Shown in pieces: positions 29,609 to 36,964 of a stretch of 38,620 nucleotides of DNA (the first letter of the stretch is position 1; every line of letters begins with the position of its first letter). This DNA is from Candidatus Moranbacteria bacterium GW2011_GWE1_49_15 (GTDB lineage Bacteria > Patescibacteriota > Minisyncoccia > Moranbacterales > GWC2-37-73): assembly GCA_001003855.1 (NCBI GenBank), contig LCPX01000002.1, positions 1-38,620 of the forward strand. The letters are read 5' to 3'. The position numbers and the translations under genes are program-made. The notes under the pieces were generated by a model that saw nothing but the letters and a program-made list of their open reading frames with translations, was not told where the DNA came from and searched no databases.

Positions 29609-30187
29609 ATGTTGAATACGATCAAAAAAATAAGGGAGAGAACCGGAGCCGGCGTAGTGAATATCAAGAAAGCCTTGGATGAAGCCGGTGGAAACGAGGA
29701 GAAGGCAATCGAGATCCTTCGCAAGCAGGGGCATGACAAGGCTCTCAAGAAAGCCGACCGCGCCGCCAACGAGGGAGTGGTCGTTTCCTATATACATTCG
29801 AACAACAGGGTTGGATCTCTGGTCAAGCTTCTTTGCGAGACCGATTTCGTGGCCAGGAACACCGAGTTTCAGGAACTGGCCAGGGATATTGCAATGCATG
29901 TGACCGCGATGAACCCCCAGTTTTTGAAGCCAGAGGAGGTTCCCGCTGAGGCCGTCGAAAAGGAGAAGGAAATCTGGAAGGCCCAGTTGGCCAAGGAAGG
30001 TAAGCCGGAGAATATGATGGAGAAGATCATGGAAGGAAAGGAAAAGAAATTCCGCGAGGAAATCTCACTTTTGACCCAGTCTTTCGTCAAGGATCCCTCC
30101 GTTAAGGTGGGGGATTTGATCGCTGAAAAGATCGGAAAGATAGGAGAGAATATCCAGATAGGGGAATTTGTCCGTTTTGAGTTATAA
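29609..30187 (+). CDS. tsf: Elongation factor Ts (short form)
   Basis: IRERTGAG, CETDFVARN, follows rpsB. Confidence 0.97.
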   Translation: MLNTIKKIRERTGAGVVNIKKALDEAGGNEEKAIEILRKQGHDKALKKADRAANEGVVVSYIHSNNRVGSLVKLLCETDFVARNTEFQELARDIAMHVTAMNPQFLKPEEVPAEAVEKEKEIWKAQLAKEGKPENMMEKIMEGKEKKFREEISLLTQSFVKDPSVKVGDLIAEKIGKIGENIQIGEFVRFEL

Positions 30188-30230
30188 TATAATCACAAGG
30201 AGGCTGGCAGCTTCCCGATAGAACTGTCTT

Positions 30231-31010
30231 ATGGCTAAATATTTGGCGAAGATATACAGTTGGGAAAATCCCCACTTGTGTTATAGTGATATAGAATTGG
30301 AGCGCGGGGACAGGATAGTTTTGAAAAAAGACGAGTTCCAGAGCGAAATAGGCACCGTTGAAGCTGTCGGGGTGGAAACCAGGGAGAAGCCCAATTGCAG
30401 TGTTGTGAGGAAGGCTACCGAGAAAGACATCGAGGTTTTCGAAAAAAATGAAGATAAGAAAAAGGAAATCTTGGGAACCTGCAAAGAGGAAGTGAAGAGG
30501 TTGGGATTGGGAATGAAGCTCGTGGATGCCAGGATAAGCTTGGATTCAAGCAACGTGGTCATCGCTTTCACGGCGGACGAGAGGGTTGATTTCCGGGAGC
30601 TGGTGAAGAACCTTTCCAAGATATTCCGAAGAAGCGTTAGGATGCACCAGATCGGATCGCGTGACGAGGCCAGGAACCTCGGAGGATGCGGGGTGTGCGG
30701 GAGAGGGCTTTGCTGTCTGCGGTTTTCCGGCAATCTTCCGAGCATTTCCATTGATATGGCGAGGATCCAGCAGATAGCCCACCGGGGAAGCGAAAGGATT
30801 TCCGGAATATGCGGAAGGTTGATGTGCTGCCTCTCATACGAATCCCCCCAATATCAAGAGATGATGGTGGGAATGCCGGAGCTCCATTCGAGCGTGAACA
30901 CTCCCCAAGGCAAAGGGGAGGTGATCGAGATAAACGCGCTCACCCAGGAAATCAAGACGAGGCTTCTGGACGGAAAGTATGTGGTTTTCAAGAAAAAGGA
31001 TATAAATTAA
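30231..31010 (+). CDS. PSP1 domain / RicT (YaaT)-like Fe-S protein
   Basis: RVDFRELVK, GGCGVCGRGLCC, ISGICGRLMCCLSYE. Confidence 0.92.
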   Translation: MAKYLAKIYSWENPHLCYSDIELERGDRIVLKKDEFQSEIGTVEAVGVETREKPNCSVVRKATEKDIEVFEKNEDKKKEILGTCKEEVKRLGLGMKLVDARISLDSSNVVIAFTADERVDFRELVKNLSKIFRRSVRMHQIGSRDEARNLGGCGVCGRGLCCLRFSGNLPSISIDMARIQQIAHRGSERISGICGRLMCCLSYESPQYQEMMVGMPELHSSVNTPQGKGEVIEINALTQEIKTRLLDGKYVVFKKKDIN

Positions 31011-31025
31011 AAATACATTCGATCA

Positions 31026-31748
31026 ATGCTGTACTATATCGTTCCCCCGATAATAATAGTTGTAGGGACCGCATCCCTGATATTTTTCCTTTTTAGGAAA
31101 TTTTCCGGCATGGAAATGGCCGGTGAATTGCAGGGAAATCTGAACGCTCAAGCGCGGGAGGAAAGGAATGGCAGCAGGATCGGCATATTTTTATCGCAAC
31201 TGTGGCTCAGGATATTGGAGAGGATGATGCAGAGGACAAAGCTTTTTTCCTTGAAAATGCACAACGCCAGCAATAATTGGTTCCACTCCATAAAAAACAA
31301 ACGTGAAAGCATAGGAATGGAGGACGATGGCCGGGATGAAGCCAGGGCAGAGGAGGTTGCGAGCGAAAGTGCGGTCCAGGCAAGAGCGGAGGTCATAGAG
31401 AAAGCAGCGGAACAGAAAGTCGAGGCGGTAATCAGGAGAACTCCCAAGACGGAAGGCATGTCCATAAGGCAGCGCATGTCCAGAAGCAGGCTGGGTCTTC
31501 CGAGGAAGGAGAAGGTGGAATTGGCCAAGCCGCCTATGGAGAAGAACAGGTTGGAGGACGCGCTTATCAAAAGGATAGCGGTGAACCCCAAGGATATCGA
31601 AGCATATGAGAGGTTGGGGGATTATTATTCCGACATGAAGAATTTCAAAGATGCGGTGGAATGTTTCAAGCAGGTGATCAAGCTGGGGCCGAGCAACACG
31701 AAAGCGAAGATAAAACTGAAAAACCTGGAAAGAATTTTGAAAAGATGA
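31026..31748 (+). CDS. Membrane-anchored TPR protein
   Basis: N-terminal TM; C-terminal TPR NPKDIEAYERLGDYY...AVECFKQVIKLGP. Confidence 0.85.
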   Translation: MLYYIVPPIIIVVGTASLIFFLFRKFSGMEMAGELQGNLNAQAREERNGSRIGIFLSQLWLRILERMMQRTKLFSLKMHNASNNWFHSIKNKRESIGMEDDGRDEARAEEVASESAVQARAEVIEKAAEQKVEAVIRRTPKTEGMSIRQRMSRSRLGLPRKEKVELAKPPMEKNRLEDALIKRIAVNPKDIEAYERLGDYYSDMKNFKDAVECFKQVIKLGPSNTKAKIKLKNLERILKR

Positions 31749-31786
31749 TAGACTGGATTTTGTTTGGCTAAGGCGGCCAAGCATAG

Positions 31787-31858
31787 GCCACCCTAGCTCA
31801 ACGGTAGAGCTACTGTTTTGTAAACAGTGGGTTATCGGTTCAAATCCGGTGGGTGGCT
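31787..31858 (+). tRNA. tRNA-Thr(TGT)
   Basis: Acceptor GCCACCC/GGGTGGC, anticodon arm ACTGT-TTTGTAA-ACAGT, GGTTCAAATCC. Confidence 0.96.
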
Positions 31859-31917
31859 CAGGTTTTTTTAAATCCCTTCCTTGTCGATTTTTCAAATAAC
31901 AAAATTTGAAAAATCAT

Positions 31918-31999
31918 TGGGAAAGGGGTCGGGAAAACGGAAGTTTTCCCGGGGTGGAAATATTAAAACCGCAAGGTTTTAAAGAGTGCTATGCACGAC
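31918..31999 (+). repeat. 82-nt structured repeat, copy 1 (5' of tRNA-Tyr)
   Basis: 76/82 identical to 32228-32309; three hairpins. Confidence 0.9.
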
Positions 32000-32003
32000 A
32001 AAT

Positions 32004-32086
32004 GGGTAGTTGGCGGAGTGGTCAATCGCAGCTGACTGTAAATCAGCCGACTTCGGTCTTCGGGGGTTCGAATCCCTCACTGCCCA
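32004..32086 (+). tRNA. tRNA-Tyr(GTA)
   Basis: Acceptor GGGTAGT/ACTGCCC, GCTGA-CTGTAAA-TCAGC, long variable arm, GGTTCGAATCC. Confidence 0.96.
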
Positions 32087-32141
32087 CATGGTACGAAGTA
32101 CCTTATGAGATGTAAATGGGATGAGAAGTTTATGCCCTGAA

Positions 32142-32224
32142 AGGGATTCGAAGGGTGCGCCCGGGAAAAGCGAACAGCTTTACTTTTTCAGCACCCAGGT
32201 CCGAAGGAGAATCCCTCACTACCC
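32142..32224 (+). repeat. tRNA-3'-linked structured unit (Tyr copy)
   Basis: Starts with AGGGATTCGAA (antisense of the Tyr T-arm) and ends with a 15/16 copy of the Tyr 3' end; core 60/69 identical to 32784-32852. Confidence 0.85.
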
Positions 32225-32227
32225 CGG

Positions 32228-32309
32228 TGGGAAAGGGGTCGGGAAAACGGGAGTTTTTACGGGGTGGAAATATTAAAACCGCAAGGTTTTAAGGAGCGCT
32301 ATGCGCGAC
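32228..32309 (+). repeat. 82-nt structured repeat, copy 2 (directly abutting tRNA-Thr GGT)
   Basis: 76/82 identical to 31918-31999. Confidence 0.9.
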
Positions 32310-32382
32310 GCCGTTGTAGCTCAGTTGGTAGAGCGTATCCATGGTAAGGATAAGGTCCGCGGTTCAATCCCGCGCAACGGCT
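32310..32382 (+). tRNA. tRNA-Thr(GGT)
   Basis: Acceptor GCCGTTG/CAACGGC, TATCC-ATGGTAA-GGATA, GGTTCAATCCC. Confidence 0.96.
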
Positions 32383-32451
32383 CAGGTAATCCGGAAATCG
32401 GCAACCGGCAACCAGTGTAATCAATAATGGGTAACCAAATCATTCAAAAAT

Positions 32452-32613
32452 ATGGGACACATCAAGGACACAATGGCGAAGATGCGATGCTCTGAATGCA
32501 AGGAAATCAATTACTATTCTTCACGCAACAAGAAGAAGGTAAAGGAGAAACTTGAGATGAACAAGTATTGCAAGAGATGCCAGAAGCACACGCTTCATAA
32601 GGAAATGAAATAG
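32452..32613 (+). CDS. rpmG: 50S ribosomal protein L33 (Zn-binding type; absent from the ORF track)
   Basis: [53 protein letters not shown]. Confidence 0.95.
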   Translation: MGHIKDTMAKMRCSECKEINYYSSRNKKKVKEKLEMNKYCKRCQKHTLHKEMK

Positions 32614-32649
32614 TCCAAAGGGGCGGGCTTTGCCCGTCTCTTTAAAATT

Positions 32650-32720
32650 GCGGGCATCGTATAGTGGTAATACGGCGGTCTCCAAAACCGTTAACGTGGG
32701 TTCGATTCCTACTGCCCGTG
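32650..32720 (+). tRNA. tRNA-Trp(CCA)
   Basis: Acceptor GCGGGCA/TGCCCGT, GCGGT-CTCCAAA-ACCGT, GGTTCGATTCC. Confidence 0.96.
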
Positions 32721-32725
32721 CATTA

Positions 32726-32766
32726 TTCAAAAAGCATACCCCTTTATGATGGGTATGCTTTTTGAA
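32726..32766. terminator. Terminator hairpin after tRNA-Trp
   Basis: TTCAAAAAGCATACCC...GGGTATGCTTTTTGAA. Confidence 0.8.
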
Positions 32767-32783
32767 CATGTCATGAGATGTAG

Positions 32784-32869
32784 AGGGAATCGAAGGGCGC
32801 GCCCGGAAAAAGTGAACAATTTCACTTTTTCAGCGCCCAGGTCCGGAGGAGATTCCTACTGCCCGTGCA
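32784..32869 (+). repeat. tRNA-3'-linked structured unit (Trp copy 1)
   Basis: GGAATCGAA antisense of the Trp T-arm; ends with a 19/19 copy of the Trp 3' end (32851-32869 = 32704-32722). Confidence 0.88.
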
Positions 32870-32910
32870 AATGAAATAAAAGACGCCTCCATGGCGTCTT
32901 TTATTTTATT
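32870..32910. terminator. Terminator hairpin after Trp unit 1
   Basis: AAATAAAAGACGCC-TCCAT-GGCGTCTTTTATTT. Confidence 0.75.
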
Positions 32911-32922
32911 TTATTTTGTCTA

Positions 32923-33023
32923 AGTAGGAATCGAGCGTATATGGATGCGAGCGAGCATTCAGCGCTGCCCAGGGCAAGGAGTTTTCAGCAGAAAACGACG
33001 CGTATAATTCCTACTACCGTGCA
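32923..33023 (+). repeat. tRNA-3'-linked structured unit (Trp copy 2, different core)
   Basis: AGTAGGAATCGA is a 12-nt antisense of the Trp T-arm; ends ATTCCTACTACCGTGCA (degenerate Trp 3' end). Confidence 0.8.
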
Positions 33024-33082
33024 AAATAACAAAAGCGCTTTTGAAAAGGAGTGCTTTTTTCGGTTTTGAAGAATAATTTTAA

Positions 33083-33478
33083 CTAGCGATCGGTCTTTTT
33101 GGCTTTTTTGGCGATGCGGGAAGCGTCTTCGGCGAGTTCTTTTTTAGCAGCGATGGCTAATTTACTCATGGATTTCCAGTGTTTTTTGAGATCGGCGGCC
33201 AGGGCGTCGATTTCCGGTTGGCTGGCTTTTTTACTTTTCTTGTATTCTTTGGAGACGGTGTCAATAATGGCTAGATAGACCGGCTCTGTTATTTCGCGGG
33301 CTTTTTCCAATTTCTCTACGACCTCACCTTTCATTTTAATGGCCCAGGCCTTGGCATGTCGTTGATGTTTTTTTCCTTTTGGTCCGAAGAAAAAATAGGC
33401 AGTGGCTGCGAGTCCGGCCAGGCTGGCGCCGGCGACGGCCAACTTGATAGCTTTGGTTCTGTTGATTTTTTTAGGCAT
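33083..33478 (-). CDS. YtxH-like protein
   Basis: AVAGASLAGLAATAYFFFGPKGKKHQ followed by a Lys/Ala-rich helical region. Confidence 0.7.
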   Translation of the reverse strand: MPKKINRTKAIKLAVAGASLAGLAATAYFFFGPKGKKHQRHAKAWAIKMKGEVVEKLEKAREITEPVYLAIIDTVSKEYKKSKKASQPEIDALAADLKKHWKSMSKLAIAAKKELAEDASRIAKKAKKTDR

Positions 33479-33504
33479 AAGTTTCGGCTTAAAATTATTA
33501 TTTA

Positions 33505-33783
33505 TTAATTATTTTTTTTCAGTATTTTTTCTTTAGCGCGTTTTCTTCCGCGCGATGGTGGAAAAAACAAACGAAAAAGCATGTTATCCTCCAATCTTTC
33601 CTTAAGCTCCAAAACAAACTCTTCCGACTCCTTGAAATGATCCTGTAGTTTTTCGGAAATTTGATAGAGATTCCGGCCCGCTTTAATGAAATAATATAAA
33701 ACTATCGAAAGCAAAATAGCCAGCACCACGGTTGCGATTGAAGATATAAAGAAAAAAATATCAGCTTTCATGATTGTTGACAT
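33505..33783 (-). CDS. Small membrane protein, YtxG/DUF948-like
   Basis: ADIFFFISSIATVVLAILLSIVLYYFI TM plus coiled coil; upstream of the YtxH-like gene. Confidence 0.65.
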   Translation of the reverse strand: MSTIMKADIFFFISSIATVVLAILLSIVLYYFIKAGRNLYQISEKLQDHFKESEEFVLELKERLEDNMLFRLFFPPSRGRKRAKEKILKKNN

Positions 33784-34194
33784 GTTTATATGTGTTTCGC
33801 CAAAAGCCTCTTGGACAGAGTCTGATGGCTGGGTGATTTTTTTAGCCAGATGATCTTGCATCCTTTCAGAAAAACGTCCCTTTCAGTTTTTGTCATACTG
33901 GCTTTTTTAAGTAATTGCAGTTTCTCTTGATAATACACTACCTGGAAGTTTATATTCCAATAGTTTTTCTCTGCAAGAATACGATGTTCCGAGTTTGTTG
34001 CATTAAGGAGTTAGCGCACTTAGGTTGGCTTCAATAATATCCCAATTTTCAAGTATATTTGTCCGAATGTCATTTAGCGCTTCGTGCAGATAAAACAAGA
34101 AAAAACATCCAATCGGGTGCTTTTTTGTTTTTGATATCGATTGTGGTAAAATAAAATCACTTGAAAAAAACTTCATATGCAAAACAAAAACAAA

Positions 34195-35559
34195 ATGAAA
34201 AAAATAATATCGATAGGATGCGGCGGCGCGGGGATGTTCTCGGCAATCGTCGCGACCCAGCTTAAAAAAGGGGAATTCGAAGCGATCGTGCTTTCGGATG
34301 AGAAGGATATCTATTGCCGTTGTACGACGCCGTATATCGTGACGGGCGAAGCCCAGCTTTGCGACGCGATCCAGCCGGAAAGCATGATCGAGAGTTACGG
34401 GCCGAAGATCGTGCATGAGAAGGCGATCGGCATCAACACCAAAAGGAAACACGTCCTGACCAAGGAAGGGCGCATCCATAAATATGATTATCTGGTCATC
34501 GCCACGGGTGCTTCCCCGTTCATTCCGCAAATCAAGGGAATGGATTCAAAAAACGTCTTCACTGTCAGGAACAGCCACGACATGGAATGTATCCAAGCTC
34601 GCCTAGGAAAAGCCAAGAGCGCGGTCGTGGTTGGGGCGGGGGTGATCGGCATGGAGATGGCCGGAGCGCTCAAGGCCAAGGGATTGGAAGTCAGCCTTGT
34701 CGAATACGCGCCGGGAATTTCCTCCGGAATCACCGATAAGGAATTCGCCAAAAAGATAATTTCGCATCTGGAAGGAAACGGAATCAAGATGAGATTCCGG
34801 AGCAAGGTCGTGGAAATAAACGACGCGCCGAGAAAAAAGAAAGAAATAATAATCAAAAAAGGCAGGCAAAGCGAAAAGATCGTCGCCGATCTGGTGATCG
34901 TGGCGGCGGGAGTGCGTCCCAATCTGGAGGTCATCAGCGGAACGAAGATAAAAGCCAACCAATTCGGGATACTGGTGGACGAAAAGATGAGGACGAATAT
35001 AAAGGACGTTTATGCTTGCGGGGATTGCTGCGTGCCGCTTTCGGCGGTGACGGGGAAAAACGAACCGAGCTCTTTGGCTTCAAGCGCGATCCAGCAATCC
35101 AAGATCGTCGGATACCAGATGGCGGGATTTCCGATCAAATACGCGGGTTCCACGGGAGCTTTCGCTTTCCAGACGCTTGGCAGGGAATATGCGGCGGCTG
35201 GACTTAATGAAGACGAAGCGCGCAGGAAATTCAGGTGGGTCGTCGTCGGGCGCGCCCAAACCACGGACGTATACAAGGATTTGGAAAGGAACAAGCCCTT
35301 GGACGTGAAGCTGATTTTCGCGGGACCTAAAATGAGGTTGGTCGGCTACGAAGGTTTCGGAAACGGGGTGATCGCTTCGGCGGAAGTCGCCAGTTTCGCG
35401 ATCGGACTTCGCCTCAACATCTTGAAAGTCTTGAAATTCAACTACATCGCGCATCCGAGCCTGACCCCTTGGCCTTTCATGAACCCGATCATCATGGCGA
35501 CCGAGGACGCGATGGGGAGTTTGATGAAAAAATTCAAAGAGTTTTTCGGGAAAAAATAA
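34195..35559 (+). CDS. FAD-dependent pyridine nucleotide-disulfide oxidoreductase (NADH oxidase / CoA-disulfide reductase family)
   Basis: GCGGAG, YCRCTTPY, IATGA, GAGVIGMEMA, DVYACGDC. Confidence 0.9.
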   Translation: MKKIISIGCGGAGMFSAIVATQLKKGEFEAIVLSDEKDIYCRCTTPYIVTGEAQLCDAIQPESMIESYGPKIVHEKAIGINTKRKHVLTKEGRIHKYDYLVIATGASPFIPQIKGMDSKNVFTVRNSHDMECIQARLGKAKSAVVVGAGVIGMEMAGALKAKGLEVSLVEYAPGISSGITDKEFAKKIISHLEGNGIKMRFRSKVVEINDAPRKKKEIIIKKGRQSEKIVADLVIVAAGVRPNLEVISGTKIKANQFGILVDEKMRTNIKDVYACGDCCVPLSAVTGKNEPSSLASSAIQQSKIVGYQMAGFPIKYAGSTGAFAFQTLGREYAAAGLNEDEARRKFRWVVVGRAQTTDVYKDLERNKPLDVKLIFAGPKMRLVGYEGFGNGVIASAEVASFAIGLRLNILKVLKFNYIAHPSLTPWPFMNPIIMATEDAMGSLMKKFKEFFGKK

Positions 35560-35582
35560 TAATATTTTTCAAAGCAGATTTT

Positions 35583-35607
35583 CAAAACACCCCCTACGGG
35601 TGTTTTG
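35583..35607 (+). terminator. Terminator
   Basis: CAAAACACCC...GGGTGTTTTG. Confidence 0.7.
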
Positions 35608-35682
35608 TTGGTAATAAGGGAAATATACGAACTTTGCCGGTGTATTAAAATCATAGGCTTAAGTCGCAACTTAATCTCATGT

Positions 35683-35982
35683 ATGTTTGGAATAATAAGA
35701 ACATTGGTAAATATAGTTTTCGGGGTGATCGAATTTCTATTATTGCTCCGTTTCGTATTCAAGTTTTTTGTCGTTAATCCCGGTACCCCTTTCGTTGCTT
35801 GGATTTATGGTACGACGGCGCCACTGGTCAGTCCATTCGCAGGAATCCTTCCGGACCTTAAATTGGGAGGATTCGTGGTCGATTTTGCGACACTGGCCTC
35901 ACTGATCGTTTACGCTTTCGTGAGTTATCTGATTTTGCAATTGTTTTCCCATATAGGCCCTAGGTGGCATAGGGATTCATGA
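35683..35982 (+). CDS. YggT family membrane protein
   Basis: LLLLRFVFKFF, FVAWIYGTTAPLVSPFAGILP. Confidence 0.85.
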   Translation: MFGIIRTLVNIVFGVIEFLLLLRFVFKFFVVNPGTPFVAWIYGTTAPLVSPFAGILPDLKLGGFVVDFATLASLIVYAFVSYLILQLFSHIGPRWHRDS

Positions 35983-36027
35983 ATACCGCCTAGATTCATT
36001 TAAGTTAATTTATTTAATAACAAACAT

Positions 36028-36177
36028 ATGTTGTGGACAATAGCCGTAATATTATTCGTACTTTGGCTCTTGGGATTCATAACGGCGAGCACTTTCGGCG
36101 GATGGATCCATGTGTTGCTGGTCATAGCTCTCGTGGTAATCGTAATACAACTTCTCCAAGGTAGGAAAATTTTGTAG
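36028..36177 (+). CDS. lmo0937-family small membrane protein (absent from the ORF track)
   Basis: MLWTIAVILFVLWLLGFITASTFGGWIHVLLVIALVVIVIQLLQGRKIL. Confidence 0.9.
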   Translation: MLWTIAVILFVLWLLGFITASTFGGWIHVLLVIALVVIVIQLLQGRKIL

Positions 36178-36305
36178 TGCCATCATTAATGATAAGAAGA
36201 CACCTTTTTCGAGGTGTTTTTTTTGTTTAGCTTTTAAGTGGAGACAGGCATCGAAGGAAACAGTTTTGCTGTTGTAATATAAACATTAATCATTCAGGCA
36301 AAAAT

Positions 36306-36374
36306 ATGCCGTATAAAAACATAGAGGAACATATAAAAGACGCGAAATCCGGCAAGTGGAAGAAGAGGGAGTGA
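36306..36374 (+). pseudogene. Possible internally deleted ChaB-family remnant (22 aa)
   Basis: MPYKNIEE resembles the ChaB N-terminus and KDAKSGKWKKRE resembles its C-terminus. Confidence 0.45.
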
Positions 36375-36427
36375 GGACGTTTTCGTATGTTCCGATTCCT
36401 GATAATTTCTTAACCTAGCTTAATCAT

Positions 36428-36757
36428 ATGGAATTCTTAATAACCTGGTTGGTGTCCGCGGTGGTCATCCTGCTGCTGTCCTATCTTTTGCCGGGAATCA
36501 CCGTCGCTGGATTCGTCAGCGCCCTGCTGGTAGCCTTGGTTTGGGGTCTGCTTAACGCATTCATAAAGCCGATCCTGCTGGTTTTGACGCTGCCCATCAA
36601 CATACTGACCCTGGGTCTTTTTACCTTCATTCTCAACGCGCTCCTGGTCATGTTGGTAGCGGCTGTCGTTCCTGGATTCCGGGTCGCTAATTTTTGGTGG
36701 GCCCTGCTCTTCAGTGTCCTCTTGTCGTTGGTCATGTTCCTGGTTTCAAAGTATTGA
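36428..36757 (+). CDS. 4-TM phage-holin-like (YvlD) membrane protein
   Basis: LLNAFIKPILLVLTLPINILTLGLFTFILNA. Confidence 0.92.
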   Translation: MEFLITWLVSAVVILLLSYLLPGITVAGFVSALLVALVWGLLNAFIKPILLVLTLPINILTLGLFTFILNALLVMLVAAVVPGFRVANFWWALLFSVLLSLVMFLVSKY

Positions 36758-36779
36758 AAAAAAGGGGCATCTTTGGCGC

Positions 36780-36808
36780 AGGCGCACCGTGCGAACGGTG
36801 CGCCTTTT
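36780..36808 (+). terminator. Terminator
   Basis: AGGCGCACCGT-GCGA-ACGGTGCGCCT followed by a T-run. Confidence 0.8.
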
Positions 36809-36922
36809 GTTTTTGCTTCGCATAGCTGTTTAACGGAACCGATCCTTAAGCGATCTGAATAAAGAAATAAAAACGGAAAGCAATAAAGATGAAACCAAGC
36901 AGGAAAAATAATTTTCGATAAT

Positions 36923-36953
36923 AAAAAAACACACCCTTGCGGGTGCGTTTTTT
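36923..36953 (-). terminator. Terminator after the DEAD-box helicase gene
   Basis: AAAAAAACACACCC...GGGTGCGTTTTTT. Confidence 0.7.
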
Positions 36954-36964
36954 GAAACCAAGAT

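Noticed and set aside
31886-31915. ATTTGAA as an antisense T-arm of tRNA-Thr(TGT) preceding the 82-nt repeat
   Set aside because: Only 7 nt, explained as one arm of the GATTTTTCAAAT/ATTTGAAAAATC hairpin, and no tRNA-Thr 3' copy follows.
32142-32224. Degenerate tRNA-Gly or split/intron-containing tRNA in the Tyr-Thr spacer
   Set aside because: No D-arm, anticodon arm or 5' acceptor strand; the only tRNA-like part is a copy of the Tyr 3' end, and the upstream tRNAs are already complete.
31918-33062. CRISPR array interpretation of the repeats in the tRNA cluster
   Set aside because: Repeats are tRNA-derived or 69-82 nt long, spacing is about 150-310 nt, there are only 2-3 copies, and no cas genes are in the window.
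36428-36757. Prophage suggested by the holin-family gene
   Set aside because: YvlD-type 4-TM proteins are common chromosomal genes; no endolysin, capsid, terminase or integrase is present.
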